64,000 nt of DNA. It comes from Candidatus Spongiisociaceae bacterium. GTDB lineage: Bacteria; Actinomycetota; Acidimicrobiia; Spongiisociales; Spongiisociaceae. The position numbers and the translations under genes are program-made. The stretch lies in assembly GCA_965219685.1 (NCBI GenBank), contig CBDCOH010000002.1, positions 3,584,001 through 3,648,000 on the forward strand. The letters are read 5' to 3'. Below, one piece after another: positions 26,658-36,598 of this stretch. How positions within the stretch are numbered: the first letter of the stretch is position 1; each line of letters begins with the position of its first letter. The notes under the pieces are model-generated. The model searched no databases, was not told the DNA's origin, and worked only from the letters and a program-made list of their open reading frames with translations.

Positions 26658-28751
26658 TCAGGGTCGTGTCAGCCTGCTCGTCTGCCGGTAACTGCCGTCC
26701 TCTTCCAATCTGGTCAGGATCACTTCATCCGAGCCCTGATTGTCGCCGGGGCCGTAGCTGAGCGTGATGTCGCTGATCCTGATCGTCCCGGCTTGCTGGA
26801 AGACATCAACGAAGCACTCCCGGGTTAGATCGGGACAGGCCCGGAGACCCTCGATGGCCACGCGGCCTGCCAGGTAACCCTCAAGGGAGATGAACCCGGG
26901 ATCTGCGTCCGGATTGAACGCCGACAGAGCGGTCTGATACTCGCGGACCACCTGTCGGGTCGTGTCATCCGGCAAGGGCGTCACTTGGGTCACGTACACG
27001 CCGGCGCCGCTCTCGCCGAGTCTGCCGAGTTCAGCTGCCAGAGCCTCGGTGCCCACGAACGACACCGCCATGAAGACGGGATCCTGTTCCAGGCGATCTC
27101 GTAGCAGCTCGATAGCCGCCGCCGCCGGTTTGTGGGCGCCGATGATGATGACCGCTTCCGGCCGCGCTTCCGAGATTTGGAATGACGCGCGCCTTATAGC
27201 AGTGGTGTTTCTCCGGTAGAACTCCGTTGCCACCGGTTCCAAGCCGCGGCGGTCAAGAGCCTGGCGCACACCCTCCAGCCCGTCCACGCCGTAGGTGTCG
27301 TTCTGGTAGAGCACGGCGACGCGCCGGACGTTCAAGTCCTTGGTGAGGCGTTCCACCATCTGCTCGGTTTCCTGGTGGTATGAGGCTCGGAAGTTGATTG
27401 TATTGCTCAGTTCGGGATCCTCGCGCAGGAAGCGGGCACCCGTGAACGGGGCGATGAAGGGAGCGCCATCAGCCCTCGCCAGCGGAGCCGATGTCTTGGA
27501 GGTGGGCGTACCCACCGCACCGATCAGCCCGAACACGTTCCCACTCTCCAGCAGCCGCTGGGTGTTGACAAAGGCCCTTTGGGCGTCGTAGCCGTCATCC
27601 TGCGTCGGGAGGAGGGTCAAACTGCGCCCGTGGACGCCGCCGCCACGGTTGGCCTCTGCGAACGCGGCCCTGATGCCCAATTCCATCCCCTGGCCCAATA
27701 CCGCCGATGGCCCGCTCAGGGCGGCGGACTGTCCGAAGTGGATCGCCGTGTCGGTAACGCCCGGAACGCCAACGGCTTCCTCCGGGGGCATCGATCCTGT
27801 GGGCGCCGGAGTGCCCAGCACGGCGGCGGCCAGGCTATCGACTTCGAATAGGAGCCGGTGCAGGATTGCGTCGTTCTCCTCGATGAGGTCCCGTTCGCCG
27901 GCGACCAGGTTGAGCCGTTGTTCCAGCACACCGGAGAATGCTCCTTGACCTGTCTCCAGGATCCGGCGAGCTCCTGGAACTATCCGCGGATCCAATAAGC
28001 GCCCATGGTTTGCCGTCAGAAACTCAAGGTTCGACTGCAACCGATCTGAGGCTGCCACGTAATTTTCTTCGGTCAATCCGATGTATGACGGGTCCGCCCC
28101 GAGGAGCGACGAGACCAGGAACGTCCCTGCGGCGCCGATATCAGCGGCGAGTCCCTCCATGTGAGTGTATCGGAACATGTCATCCCGTAAGGACCACCTG
28201 ATTTCATCGCTGGTGAGATCGTAGAAGTGCTCATCCGCACTCTCGCTGCCGGCGACTGCCATGACACGGGCAAGACTGATGATTTCGGCAACTGTCTCGG
28301 CGTTCTGTCCCAACGCTGCCAACACTCGGGGCCTTCCTGCGGTAATTTGGCTCGTGTTCGCAACCAGGCGGTCCGCCTGAACTCTGATGCGACCAACCTG
28401 TTCGTCGTAGCCTTTCCCGGCCAGGCTGTCCAGTTGTCGGTATAGCCCAGCCCGATGAACGGCCGCCTCTCGGGCAGCCTCGGCAAGGCTCTCCCGGGTC
28501 ATGCCAAGGTGGCTGGTGGTAGATGCGACGGCAGCCAACTCGCTGGCGTGCCTGGTTATCCACAGCGTGGCCGCAAGCACCTCCGCGTCGTTGTTGGCGA
28601 CATCGCCGGTATCGACAGTGTCTTGCGCGCTCAAACTGCCCATCGATAGCCCCCCGATGGTCAGGGCCAGCGCTACGCCCAAGGCTGCAATCACGCCAAG
28701 GCGTCCTCGTCTCGCTGTACTAGTCGCGTTCACTGCGGTTCTCCTCCTCAT
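26658..28751 (-). CDS. Exported protein: helical N-terminal domain fused to a type I (Leu/Ile/Val-like) periplasmic binding domain
   Basis: Signal peptide; about 300-aa helical region; PGVTDTAIHFGQSAALSGP, GAVGTPT, NFRASY, ISLEGY. Confidence 0.8.
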   Translation of the reverse strand: MRRRTAVNATSTARRGRLGVIAALGVALALTIGGLSMGSLSAQDTVDTGDVANNDAEVLAATLWITRHASELAAVASTTSHLGMTRESLAEAAREAAVHRAGLYRQLDSLAGKGYDEQVGRIRVQADRLVANTSQITAGRPRVLAALGQNAETVAEIISLARVMAVAGSESADEHFYDLTSDEIRWSLRDDMFRYTHMEGLAADIGAAGTFLVSSLLGADPSYIGLTEENYVAASDRLQSNLEFLTANHGRLLDPRIVPGARRILETGQGAFSGVLEQRLNLVAGERDLIEENDAILHRLLFEVDSLAAAVLGTPAPTGSMPPEEAVGVPGVTDTAIHFGQSAALSGPSAVLGQGMELGIRAAFAEANRGGGVHGRSLTLLPTQDDGYDAQRAFVNTQRLLESGNVFGLIGAVGTPTSKTSAPLARADGAPFIAPFTGARFLREDPELSNTINFRASYHQETEQMVERLTKDLNVRRVAVLYQNDTYGVDGLEGVRQALDRRGLEPVATEFYRRNTTAIRRASFQISEARPEAVIIIGAHKPAAAAIELLRDRLEQDPVFMAVSFVGTEALAAELGRLGESGAGVYVTQVTPLPDDTTRQVVREYQTALSAFNPDADPGFISLEGYLAGRVAIEGLRACPDLTRECFVDVFQQAGTIRISDITLSYGPGDNQGSDEVILTRLEEDGSYRQTSRLTRP

Positions 28752-28988
28752 GTCTGGGAAGGCTCTCACACCAGGATTCTGGTCCTCGAGTTCTATTGGG
28801 TCGAGCCTAGCCCGCAGCTGTCGGCGCTGTAGTGGCCGTGGCGGTACTGATCGCATCGTCAGTGGCCGGTTGGCAGGCCCTCGGGGACCTGAATGATCAG
28901 TGCGACGTTGAGTGACGAAACTCCATTCCGGCTCCGGCTGATCTCATCGAGCAAACAGGTTCTAGTAGTTCTTGAGGCGGAGATTGCA

Positions 28989-29300
28989 GGCTCATCGCGT
29001 ATTAGTGGGGAGTGACGGCCGTTAGCAGGGTCCAGTTCGGTTTCCCCGCGTACAGGAGGGCCCGGATTCGGTAGTTCGCGAAGTTGCGGAACCCGAATGC
29101 TGCTCGCTTGATTCTCTTGATGAGGTTGTTGAGGGCTTCGGTTGGTCCGTTGGTCACCTTGGAAATGTGCCAGTTGGTGATCTGGGGGGTCCAGCGGGCG
29201 ATCGTTCGGCCCAGCTTGTGGATCTCCGGTGGGCAGGATTCGTCTTGGAGGTCGTCGGCGAGTTGGAGGATGTGGTTCGGAGGGCAACGGCTGGGCTGTC
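28989..29300 (-). mobile_element. Truncated ISL3-family element (transposase C-terminus + probable right end)
   Basis: TNGPTEALNNLIKRIKRAAFGFRNFANYRIR is the ISL3 C-terminal signature. GGCTCATCG at 28989 resembles ISL3 termini. The 5' part is missing. Confidence 0.8.
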
Positions 29301-29360
29301 GATCCCATAGCGTTGGCCATCGACGAGTTCCCTCCTCGGCCTGACACGCCATCGTACCAT

Positions 29361-29485
29361 GTGGTGAGTGGTGAGTGGTGAGTGGTGAGTGGTGAGTGGT
29401 GAGTGGTGAGTGGTGAGTGGTGAATGGTGAGTGGTGAATGGTGAATGGTGAATGGTGAATGGTGAATGGTGAATGGTGAATGGTG
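29361..29485. repeat. Heptamer tandem repeat (RTGGTGA) x~18
   Basis: A block of GTGGTGA units grading into a block of ATGGTGA units. Confidence 0.95.
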
Positions 29486-29575
29486 TAACTCTGGACGTTA
29501 CTCGACTACCGGGCCAGGACCGACCACGATGAGCTAGCTAGGTGTGGTAGCCGTTCACGGTTAACGGGCAACGGG

Positions 29576-30883
29576 TCAAAAGATCGTTGTCGCGGCGCCT
29601 ACGACGTTGTAGTCGTCGTCAATGATGAGCAGGACCCGCCACTTGTCGAGGGTGGTGCAGGGATGGGAAATCCCGACCCGGACCGGGGTGCCTACGGGGA
29701 GGAACGTGGGATCGTCGGGGCGCACGAATGCGTGCTGGTCGTTGAGTTCGACTATGGGAAGCGGACCGCCTCCCTCGGTGGGGAGTGGGTCGATCACCGA
29801 GGGGGAGCCCTCGTCGAAGCCGATGTCCCGGCGCCCGACGTTGAGCAGGGACAGGTCGGTCTGCGGTCTCGACACGACGGTGGCGCCCACCTCGAGTGCT
29901 CCCCGGAAGGGCGTGTAGGCCCAGCCGGGCTGGACGCTGGGTCCGACCGCGGCGTAGTGCCCGTGGTCGTGGACCAGGTAGCAGCCCGACCGGATGACCA
30001 GGCGGTAGGAGTCGATGGCGGCGAGTTCGCCGTGTATGTACTCGCTGACGATCTCGAAGATCTCCGAGCCTCCGATGCTCAGGACCGGCGGGTGGTCGGT
30101 GGCGAAGACTCCCATTCGGTGGAAGTCGCGGAAGGTGCTGGTGACCGTGCCGAGGTATGAGTTGACCGACGCCAGGCTCTCCGATGAGCGGTCCTCGCCG
30201 GCGGGTCCCTCGTATGCTCCTATGCCGCCGACGACCCCGGTTCCTGTCCTGCCGATCTCGCGTGCCACGGCCTCGGCCTCGGCCCGGCTGCGGCAGCCGG
30301 TGCGCCCGTTCGGCACGCCGATGTCGATCAGGAACCGGAGACCGGTGGGGTCCACCCCGGTAGCGTCGATGGCTGCCCGGTAGGCCCTCACCACTGCCAC
30401 CGAGTCGACGAAGCTGTAGATCACCGTGCCGGGCTCCGCCGCTAGGCGGACCAGGGTCTCCAGCGCCACGGGGTCGGCGGCTTCGTTGGCCAGGAGGATC
30501 CGGCGTATCCCGAAGCGGTGGGCGGTGACCGCCTGGTGCGGCAGGGCCACCGTCATGGCCCACGTCCCGTTCTCGAACTGGAGATTCCACAGGGCCGGGG
30601 CCATGGTCGTCTTGCCGTGGGGGGCGAGGAGGACAGCGTTGTCGGCGCACCACCGGCCCATCACCTCGGCGTTGTGATGCAGGGCCCTCTGCCGGAGCAT
30701 GGCGAAGGGGGTGGGGAGGTCCCGGAGAGCGTTCAGGCCCGCCGAGGATAGCCGTGCCGGGGTCCAGGGCCTGCCGCCGGCTTCGGGAGGTAGGCCCTTC
30801 AATCCGGGTGGCAGGGGGATGCGGTCCAGTGATCGGAGCGCCTCCTGCATCACGTCGTAGTCGATTCCGGCTGGTTGTGCCAT
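29576..30883 (-). CDS. PLP fold-type III enzyme, D-serine dehydratase/amino acid deaminase-like
   Basis: LAPHGKTTM (PLP Lys), GRTGCR, GAYEG, RSGCY..HD, LNDQH, ISHPCTTLDKW. Confidence 0.85.
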   Translation of the reverse strand: MAQPAGIDYDVMQEALRSLDRIPLPPGLKGLPPEAGGRPWTPARLSSAGLNALRDLPTPFAMLRQRALHHNAEVMGRWCADNAVLLAPHGKTTMAPALWNLQFENGTWAMTVALPHQAVTAHRFGIRRILLANEAADPVALETLVRLAAEPGTVIYSFVDSVAVVRAYRAAIDATGVDPTGLRFLIDIGVPNGRTGCRSRAEAEAVAREIGRTGTGVVGGIGAYEGPAGEDRSSESLASVNSYLGTVTSTFRDFHRMGVFATDHPPVLSIGGSEIFEIVSEYIHGELAAIDSYRLVIRSGCYLVHDHGHYAAVGPSVQPGWAYTPFRGALEVGATVVSRPQTDLSLLNVGRRDIGFDEGSPSVIDPLPTEGGGPLPIVELNDQHAFVRPDDPTFLPVGTPVRVGISHPCTTLDKWRVLLIIDDDYNVVGAATTIF

Positions 30884-31010
30884 CTTTGCTCCACGGCGAT
30901 GGTCCGGGTGCCCGTGCTACGGTCATGCTACATCGTCGACGCGACGGGTCCTCGACGCAGCGGCTGACGGGACATGGTTCTGGCCACCGACACGCAGGGA
31001 CTCGATCGAA

Positions 31011-31949
31011 ATGCTCACCATCCAACCGGACGACCTCAAGTTCGACTACAGCCCGCACCACAAGCCGGTGGCGACCATCCGTCCCGGCGAGCGGGCCCTG
31101 GTCCGCACCGTTGACTGCTTCACGGGAAGATTCCAGACCCCCGAAGGGTTCACCGAGGAGAACGTGCGCTGGACGCACGAGTACCTCGACGGTGTGACCG
31201 GCCCGATCGCCGTGGAGGGTGTCCAGGCCGGCGACACGGTCGCGGTCACTCTCCACTCGGTCAAACCGAACAGTGTCGGCTCCGTGGTGCTCAGCCGCTG
31301 CGAGGCGCATTCGGTATACGACTGGTGGGAGGAGGAGTTCGCCTGCGACGGGCTGGTGATCGAAGGCGACACCATCGACGTCTTCGGGATCAGCCTGCCG
31401 ATCGACCCGGTGGTGGGTTGCATCGCCGTGGCCCCGGCACGGGAGTCGGTGCTCAGCATCAAGCAGGGCCGCTACGGGGGCAACCTCGACTGCGATCTCA
31501 TCAGGGAAGGAGCGACCGTCCTACTCGGCGCGGAGGTGGACGGCGCCAACCTGTACCTCGGTGACAGCAAGGCCGTGCTGGGGCGGGGCGAGGTGTGCCA
31601 GCCGCCGGAGATCGGCACCGACGTCGAGATCAGCGTCGAGGTCGTGGAAGGAATGGTCGGTGCCGACCTGGTCGGCCCCCGGCTGGTGTCGGAAGACACC
31701 ATCGCATCGGTCGTCTCGCATCCCAGCCTGGTGGAAGCGGGCCGGATGGCCTTCAAGGACCTCCTCAACTGGCTGGACGGAGCCACCGAGATGTCCCGCC
31801 CCGAGTTGGGCGTCTTCATGGCCTCCGTCGCCGACGTCGGGGTTTGCCAGGTTTCCAACAGCCTGCCCACGGCCCTCTGCGAGATCCCGCGCAAGTACGT
31901 GGAGTTGCTGGATCCGGCGTCCGGGCATGCTCTGACCGACGCGGGGTAG
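31011..31949 (+). CDS. Acetamidase/formamidase family protein
   Basis: PVATIRPGE, TGPIAVEG, YGGNLD, LYLGD...G.GEV. Confidence 0.82.
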   Translation: MLTIQPDDLKFDYSPHHKPVATIRPGERALVRTVDCFTGRFQTPEGFTEENVRWTHEYLDGVTGPIAVEGVQAGDTVAVTLHSVKPNSVGSVVLSRCEAHSVYDWWEEEFACDGLVIEGDTIDVFGISLPIDPVVGCIAVAPARESVLSIKQGRYGGNLDCDLIREGATVLLGAEVDGANLYLGDSKAVLGRGEVCQPPEIGTDVEISVEVVEGMVGADLVGPRLVSEDTIASVVSHPSLVEAGRMAFKDLLNWLDGATEMSRPELGVFMASVADVGVCQVSNSLPTALCEIPRKYVELLDPASGHALTDAG

Positions 31950-31972
31950 CCTCCGCCGGTACGCTCCGGGGC

Positions 31973-33034
31973 ATGATGGAGGCGCAGACGGTTCTGGGGC
32001 CGGTGCCGGCGGATCAACTAGGACCCACCCTGATGCACGAGCACGTCCTCGTCGACCTCACCTGCTACTGGAGCGAGCCCGAGGATCCCGCCGACCGCCA
32101 ATTGGCCCGGGTCAAAGTGGCCGAGGTGAGCCGTTACACGATCCTCGGTACGCCGGTGGGGCGCTCCACGATGATGATCCTCGACAACCTGGTGTGCGAC
32201 GATGTGCGGATGGCCGCCGAAGAACTCCGGCACTTCGGGAATGCCGGAGGGGGGACCATCGTCGACCTGACCATGGACGGGATCGGCACCGGCCCGGAGC
32301 GCCGGCGCGATGTCCTGGGGGTTCGGGAGGTGTCTTCCCGCTCCGGTGTCCACATAGTGGCGGGGACTGGCTACTACGTACACCTGTCCCATCCGGATCA
32401 TGTGGCCTCGTCGAGCGTTGCCGAACTCGCCGGCGGGATGGTGACCGAGCTGGAGGAGGGCATCGCGGGTACCGGGGTGAAGGCGGGGATCATCGGGGAG
32501 ATCGGCCTTTCGGCTGAGCCGCACCCCGACGAACTCAAGGTCCTTGACGCGGCCGCGGTGGCGTCGCTGGAGACCGGGTTCACGATCAACCTGCACATCG
32601 AGCCGGGTTCTCCCACCGGGCATCACGCCGCCCGGCGGCTGCTCGATCGATCCGTCCCGCCCGGGCGTATCGTGGTCGGCCACGTGGACGGTTTCATCGA
32701 CAGGGACTACCTGTACACCCTCCTGTCGCTGGGAGTCACGATCGAGTTCGAGGGTTTCCATCTGGACGGATGGCAGGGAGGCCGGTTCGGTTTCGACAGC
32801 GCCACCGACGCGGAGCGGATCGACATGATCGCCCGCCTTGTCGAAGAGGGCTACGCAACGCAGATCGTCCTGGCCCAGGACCTGTGTACCAAGCAGATGT
32901 ACCGCCGCTACGGCGGTGTGGGCTACGACTTCGTACCCGCCGGGGTGGTGCCCCGCCTGCAAGACGCGGGCGTTCCCCCCTCCGCCATCGACACGATGCT
33001 GATCCACAACCCCGCCAGACTCCTGAGCCGCTGA
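31973..33034 (+). CDS. Phosphotriesterase-family (PHP/PTER-like) hydrolase
   Basis: TLMHEH, GGTIVDLT, GIIGEIG, NLH, GHVD, AQD; TACGCT-N7-ATG leaderless signature. Confidence 0.9.
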   Translation: MMEAQTVLGPVPADQLGPTLMHEHVLVDLTCYWSEPEDPADRQLARVKVAEVSRYTILGTPVGRSTMMILDNLVCDDVRMAAEELRHFGNAGGGTIVDLTMDGIGTGPERRRDVLGVREVSSRSGVHIVAGTGYYVHLSHPDHVASSSVAELAGGMVTELEEGIAGTGVKAGIIGEIGLSAEPHPDELKVLDAAAVASLETGFTINLHIEPGSPTGHHAARRLLDRSVPPGRIVVGHVDGFIDRDYLYTLLSLGVTIEFEGFHLDGWQGGRFGFDSATDAERIDMIARLVEEGYATQIVLAQDLCTKQMYRRYGGVGYDFVPAGVVPRLQDAGVPPSAIDTMLIHNPARLLSR

Positions 33035-33414
33035 CGGGTCACGGTCACAACGCCTATACCTGCTGTCGTAATCGCTTCTACAGCTGCTAAACGCCCACCC
33101 CGTGAGATGCATGGTCCTTGATGGAGGCGCCTCCGAACTGATGCAAATGAAACATTCCACCGGGTACGTAACAGCTGCCAAAGCGGCCTGTGCTAACCGT
33201 GAAGGGTGGAGATGGAGTGAAAGTTCCTCCACGGCTTCATCCACCCTTGTTTGGGAACGCCTCCAAAGTTAGATGCTGTCAATATCGCGTCACCGGTGAC
33301 GACATAACCGAGAGTTATGCACAAGTTTTTTTGGGCATTCCGGGACCCGCCAGCAAGGGCGACCGTATACTCGATTTCGTGTCCCTAGAGGCGTCACGAC
33401 GATTGGAGGATGCC

Positions 33415-35406
33415 ATGGCAGACCACCGGAACCGACGATCTACACAGCGCGGACGGGGACGATTCTCCGGCCCGGTCTCCATTCTGGCCCTGCTACTGGC
33501 GCTAGCGCTGGTGGCGGCGGCCTGCGGCGAGGACGCGTCGGTGGACGAGGTGGCCGACGCGCAGGCACAGGCTGCGGCCGCCCAGTCTGAAGCGGCGACG
33601 GCTCAGGCGGAAGCGGAAGCGGCGGCGGCGGCGCTGGCCCAGGCTCAAGCCGACCTGGAAGCAGCCGAGGCTGCGGCCTCCGCAGCCATGGAGGGGGACG
33701 AGGCCTCCCAGTCGGAGTTGGCCGCCGCGCAGGCTGCCCTTGAGGAAGCCGAGCAAAGGGCCGCGGAGGCGGTTGAAGCTTCCGAGGCGGCGCTGGCCGC
33801 CGCGGAGTCCGCTCTCGAAGAGGCCGAGCAGATGCTCGACGAGGCGATGGAGGAAGAGGAGGCGGCGCCTGCCACCACCGAGGCGATGATGGAGGAGGAG
33901 ATGGGGACGGTCACCATCGCGGTGCCCACCGACATCGCCACCTTCGACCCCAACGGTGTGACCGGGGTCCGCGACCTCGACATGTACATCAACCTGTACT
34001 CCGGCCTGACCCGCCACAGTGTGATACCTTCGGCGCTCGCCGAGGGCCACTACGAGTGGGACCGGGTGGAGGTCGATCCCAACCTGGCCGAGTCGATCGA
34101 CATATCCGACGATGGCACCGTCTACACCTTCAAGATCCGGGAAGGTTTGAGCTTCCCGAGCGGGAACCCCTTGACAGCCAAGGACTTCCACTACTCGTGG
34201 GAGCGCGGCCTGGCCCACACCGGCAGCATCACGGACTTCGAACTCGGCGTGATCGAAGTATCCGACATGAACCAGGTGGAGGTGCTCGACGACTACACGC
34301 TGCAGGTGACCCTGCCGCGGCCCAACCCCAGGGTTCTGCGGGTGCTGTCCCTGTCGGTCATGTCGGCCGTCGACTCCGAACTGCTCAAGTCGGAGGCCAC
34401 CGACGACGACCCCTGGGCGGATGAGTACGCCCGGAACAACCCGGCCGGGTACGGCCCGTACGTGCTGGTGGAGCGGGAAGTAGGCACCCGGATGGTGTTC
34501 GAACCCAACCCCGACTGGTGGGATTCCGAATCGGCAGGCCAGTCGAGGATCGTCTACCAGGTGGTTCCGGAGGAGGCCCAGCGGCTGCTGCTGGTCCAGC
34601 AGGGCGCCATCGATCTGGCCTACGCCATGTCGGCCCGGACCGCCCAGCGAGCCGGAGACGACGTGCAGGTCCTCGACTTCCCGACCTTCGCCCAGCGGTA
34701 CCTGGGCCTGAACCAGACCAAGGCGCCGTACAACATCCTGGAGGTCCGCCAGGCGATCGCCTACGCGATCGACTACGAACGGATCATCGCCGAGGTCTAC
34801 TTCGGTAGCTCCCAGCGCCTGCTCTCGCCTTTCCCGACCGGCCATCAAGGCTGGAGGGATTCGTGGCCGTACAGCCCGGACATCGAAAGGGCCAAGGCCC
34901 TGCTGGCCGAGGCCGGCTATCCGGACGGGTTCGACGCCGAGATGCTCGTTTACGGCGACCTGCCCGAGATCGAGGCGTCCACGGTGCTGATCCAGAGTGA
35001 CTTGGAGAAGATCGGGATCAACCTCGGGGCCCGCAGCGTCACCGGAGCGGAGTTCTTCGGGCTGGTGACTCCGGGGACCGACGACTTCGACATGGCGATC
35101 ATCCCGTGCACGCCCTGGCTGCCCGAGGTCTGGTACACGTCGAACCTGCTGCTCCATTCGGGCACGACCTGTTCGATCACCTACAACAATCCCGTGGTGG
35201 ACGCGCTGGTCCAGGACATGAAGGCGGCGGCCACGACCGAGGAAGCCATCCCTCCGGCCCAACGAGCCCAGGAACTGTGGGAGCAGGACGTCGGGTTCAT
35301 CCCGATCGCCCAGCCCAACCAGGTCCAGATCCTGAGCAAGGACCTCAAGGGCTTCCTGCTGACCAACGAGGACGAGTCGGTGTACTTCGCCTATCTCCAT
35401 AAGTGA
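33415..35406 (+). CDS. Peptide/nickel-type (family 5) ABC substrate-binding lipoprotein with Ala/Glu-rich spacer
   Basis: Lipobox AAAC; PNLAES, YTFKIREG, GYGPY, VRQAIAYAID, AKALLAEAGYPDGF; RBS GGAGG. Confidence 0.9.
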   Translation: MADHRNRRSTQRGRGRFSGPVSILALLLALALVAAACGEDASVDEVADAQAQAAAAQSEAATAQAEAEAAAAALAQAQADLEAAEAAASAAMEGDEASQSELAAAQAALEEAEQRAAEAVEASEAALAAAESALEEAEQMLDEAMEEEEAAPATTEAMMEEEMGTVTIAVPTDIATFDPNGVTGVRDLDMYINLYSGLTRHSVIPSALAEGHYEWDRVEVDPNLAESIDISDDGTVYTFKIREGLSFPSGNPLTAKDFHYSWERGLAHTGSITDFELGVIEVSDMNQVEVLDDYTLQVTLPRPNPRVLRVLSLSVMSAVDSELLKSEATDDDPWADEYARNNPAGYGPYVLVEREVGTRMVFEPNPDWWDSESAGQSRIVYQVVPEEAQRLLLVQQGAIDLAYAMSARTAQRAGDDVQVLDFPTFAQRYLGLNQTKAPYNILEVRQAIAYAIDYERIIAEVYFGSSQRLLSPFPTGHQGWRDSWPYSPDIERAKALLAEAGYPDGFDAEMLVYGDLPEIEASTVLIQSDLEKIGINLGARSVTGAEFFGLVTPGTDDFDMAIIPCTPWLPEVWYTSNLLLHSGTTCSITYNNPVVDALVQDMKAAATTEEAIPPAQRAQELWEQDVGFIPIAQPNQVQILSKDLKGFLLTNEDESVYFAYLHK

Positions 35407-35424
35407 TAGGACGCATGCATGAAC

Positions 35425-35458
35425 GGAATGGGTTCGGGCTGTTGCCCGGGCCCATTCC
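35425..35458 (+). other. Intergenic stem-loop after the SBP gene
   Basis: GGAATGGGTTCGGGC-TGTT-GCCCGGGCCCATTCC. Typical position for an mRNA-stabilising or attenuating hairpin. Confidence 0.6.
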
Positions 35459-35578
35459 TCCATTGCGTGAGAGTTGATCTGTCCGCCGAAAGCCGGCGCG
35501 CCTGGCTCCGGAGCGCGGATTCACATCGCAGGCGGGATGGGCCGCGGGTCGCGCATGCGGACCGCTAGCTTCTAGCCG

Positions 35579-36598
35579 ATGAGGAACCTGGGTGTCTTCA
35601 TAGCGAGACGATTGCTGATCGTCATCCCGATGCTGTTCATCGTCAGCATCCTCACCTTCGTGATCCTGCGGGTGATCCCGGCCGATCCCGTGGCTCTGAT
35701 CGTCGGCATAAACCGCACTCCCGAGCGGGTCGAGTTCGTCACCCGCCAGTTGGGTCTGGACAAGCCGATGCCGGAGCAGTTCGTGATCTGGATGGGCGAT
35801 GTCCTGCGGGGCGACCTGGGGACCGCCTGGCACACCGGCCAAGCGGTCACCACCGATCTCGCCGACCGCATACCCGCATCGGTCGAACTTGCCTTCCTGG
35901 CTCTGCTCATCGCGGTGCCGGGCGGCCTCGCCACCGGGGTCATAGCGGCCCGGTACCGGGACCGCTTCGCCGACTTCGGGCTGCGTTTCTCGTCGCTGCT
36001 GGCCATCGCCACACCGGAGTTCCTGTTCGGGATCTTCGCCATCTGGCTGTTCTTCGCCGTGCTGAACTGGGCGCCCGCCCCCCTGGGGAGGATCGAGTTC
36101 GGGATCTCGGCGCCCGAGGCCATCACCGGGCTATACATCGTCGACAGCATCCTGACCCGCAATACCGAGGCGCTGGTCTCCTCGCTCCGCTCGATCGCGT
36201 TACCCGCCATCAGTCTGGGGGTCATCCTCTCGGGAGGCTTCCAACGGTTCACCAGGGCGACGATGGTCGAATCCCTGAGTTCGGATGCGGTGCTCTCGGC
36301 GCGAGGTCACGGCTTGCCCAACCGGCTCGTGTTCTACAAGTACGCGCTGAAGCAAGCCCTGTTGGTGGTCGTACCGGTTTTCGGCATCGTGGTGGCTTAC
36401 GCCATCGGTGGCCTCGTGGCGATCGAGAGGATCTTCTCGTGGCCGGGGGTGGGCCGCTACGCCCTGGAGGCGGCCGGCAAGGCGGATCTGAATGCCGTCC
36501 AGGGTTTCGTGCTCTTCTCGGTGGTGCTCTACGTCGCCCTGAACCTCCTCGTGGACATAGTCCAGGCGATCATCGATCCGAGGATCGAGTACCGATGA
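35579..36598 (+). CDS. Dipeptide/oligopeptide ABC permease (DppB-like)
   Basis: PADP, GLDKP, GDLG, ERIFSWPGVG, IDPRI. Confidence 0.92.
   Translation: MRNLGVFIARRLLIVIPMLFIVSILTFVILRVIPADPVALIVGINRTPERVEFVTRQLGLDKPMPEQFVIWMGDVLRGDLGTAWHTGQAVTTDLADRIPASVELAFLALLIAVPGGLATGVIAARYRDRFADFGLRFSSLLAIATPEFLFGIFAIWLFFAVLNWAPAPLGRIEFGISAPEAITGLYIVDSILTRNTEALVSSLRSIALPAISLGVILSGGFQRFTRATMVESLSSDAVLSARGHGLPNRLVFYKYALKQALLVVVPVFGIVVAYAIGGLVAIERIFSWPGVGRYALEAAGKADLNAVQGFVLFSVVLYVALNLLVDIVQAIIDPRIEYR

Noticed and set aside
29361-29485. CRISPR array or telomere-like repeat
   Set aside because: 7-nt units with no spacers, no cas genes, and an internal location.
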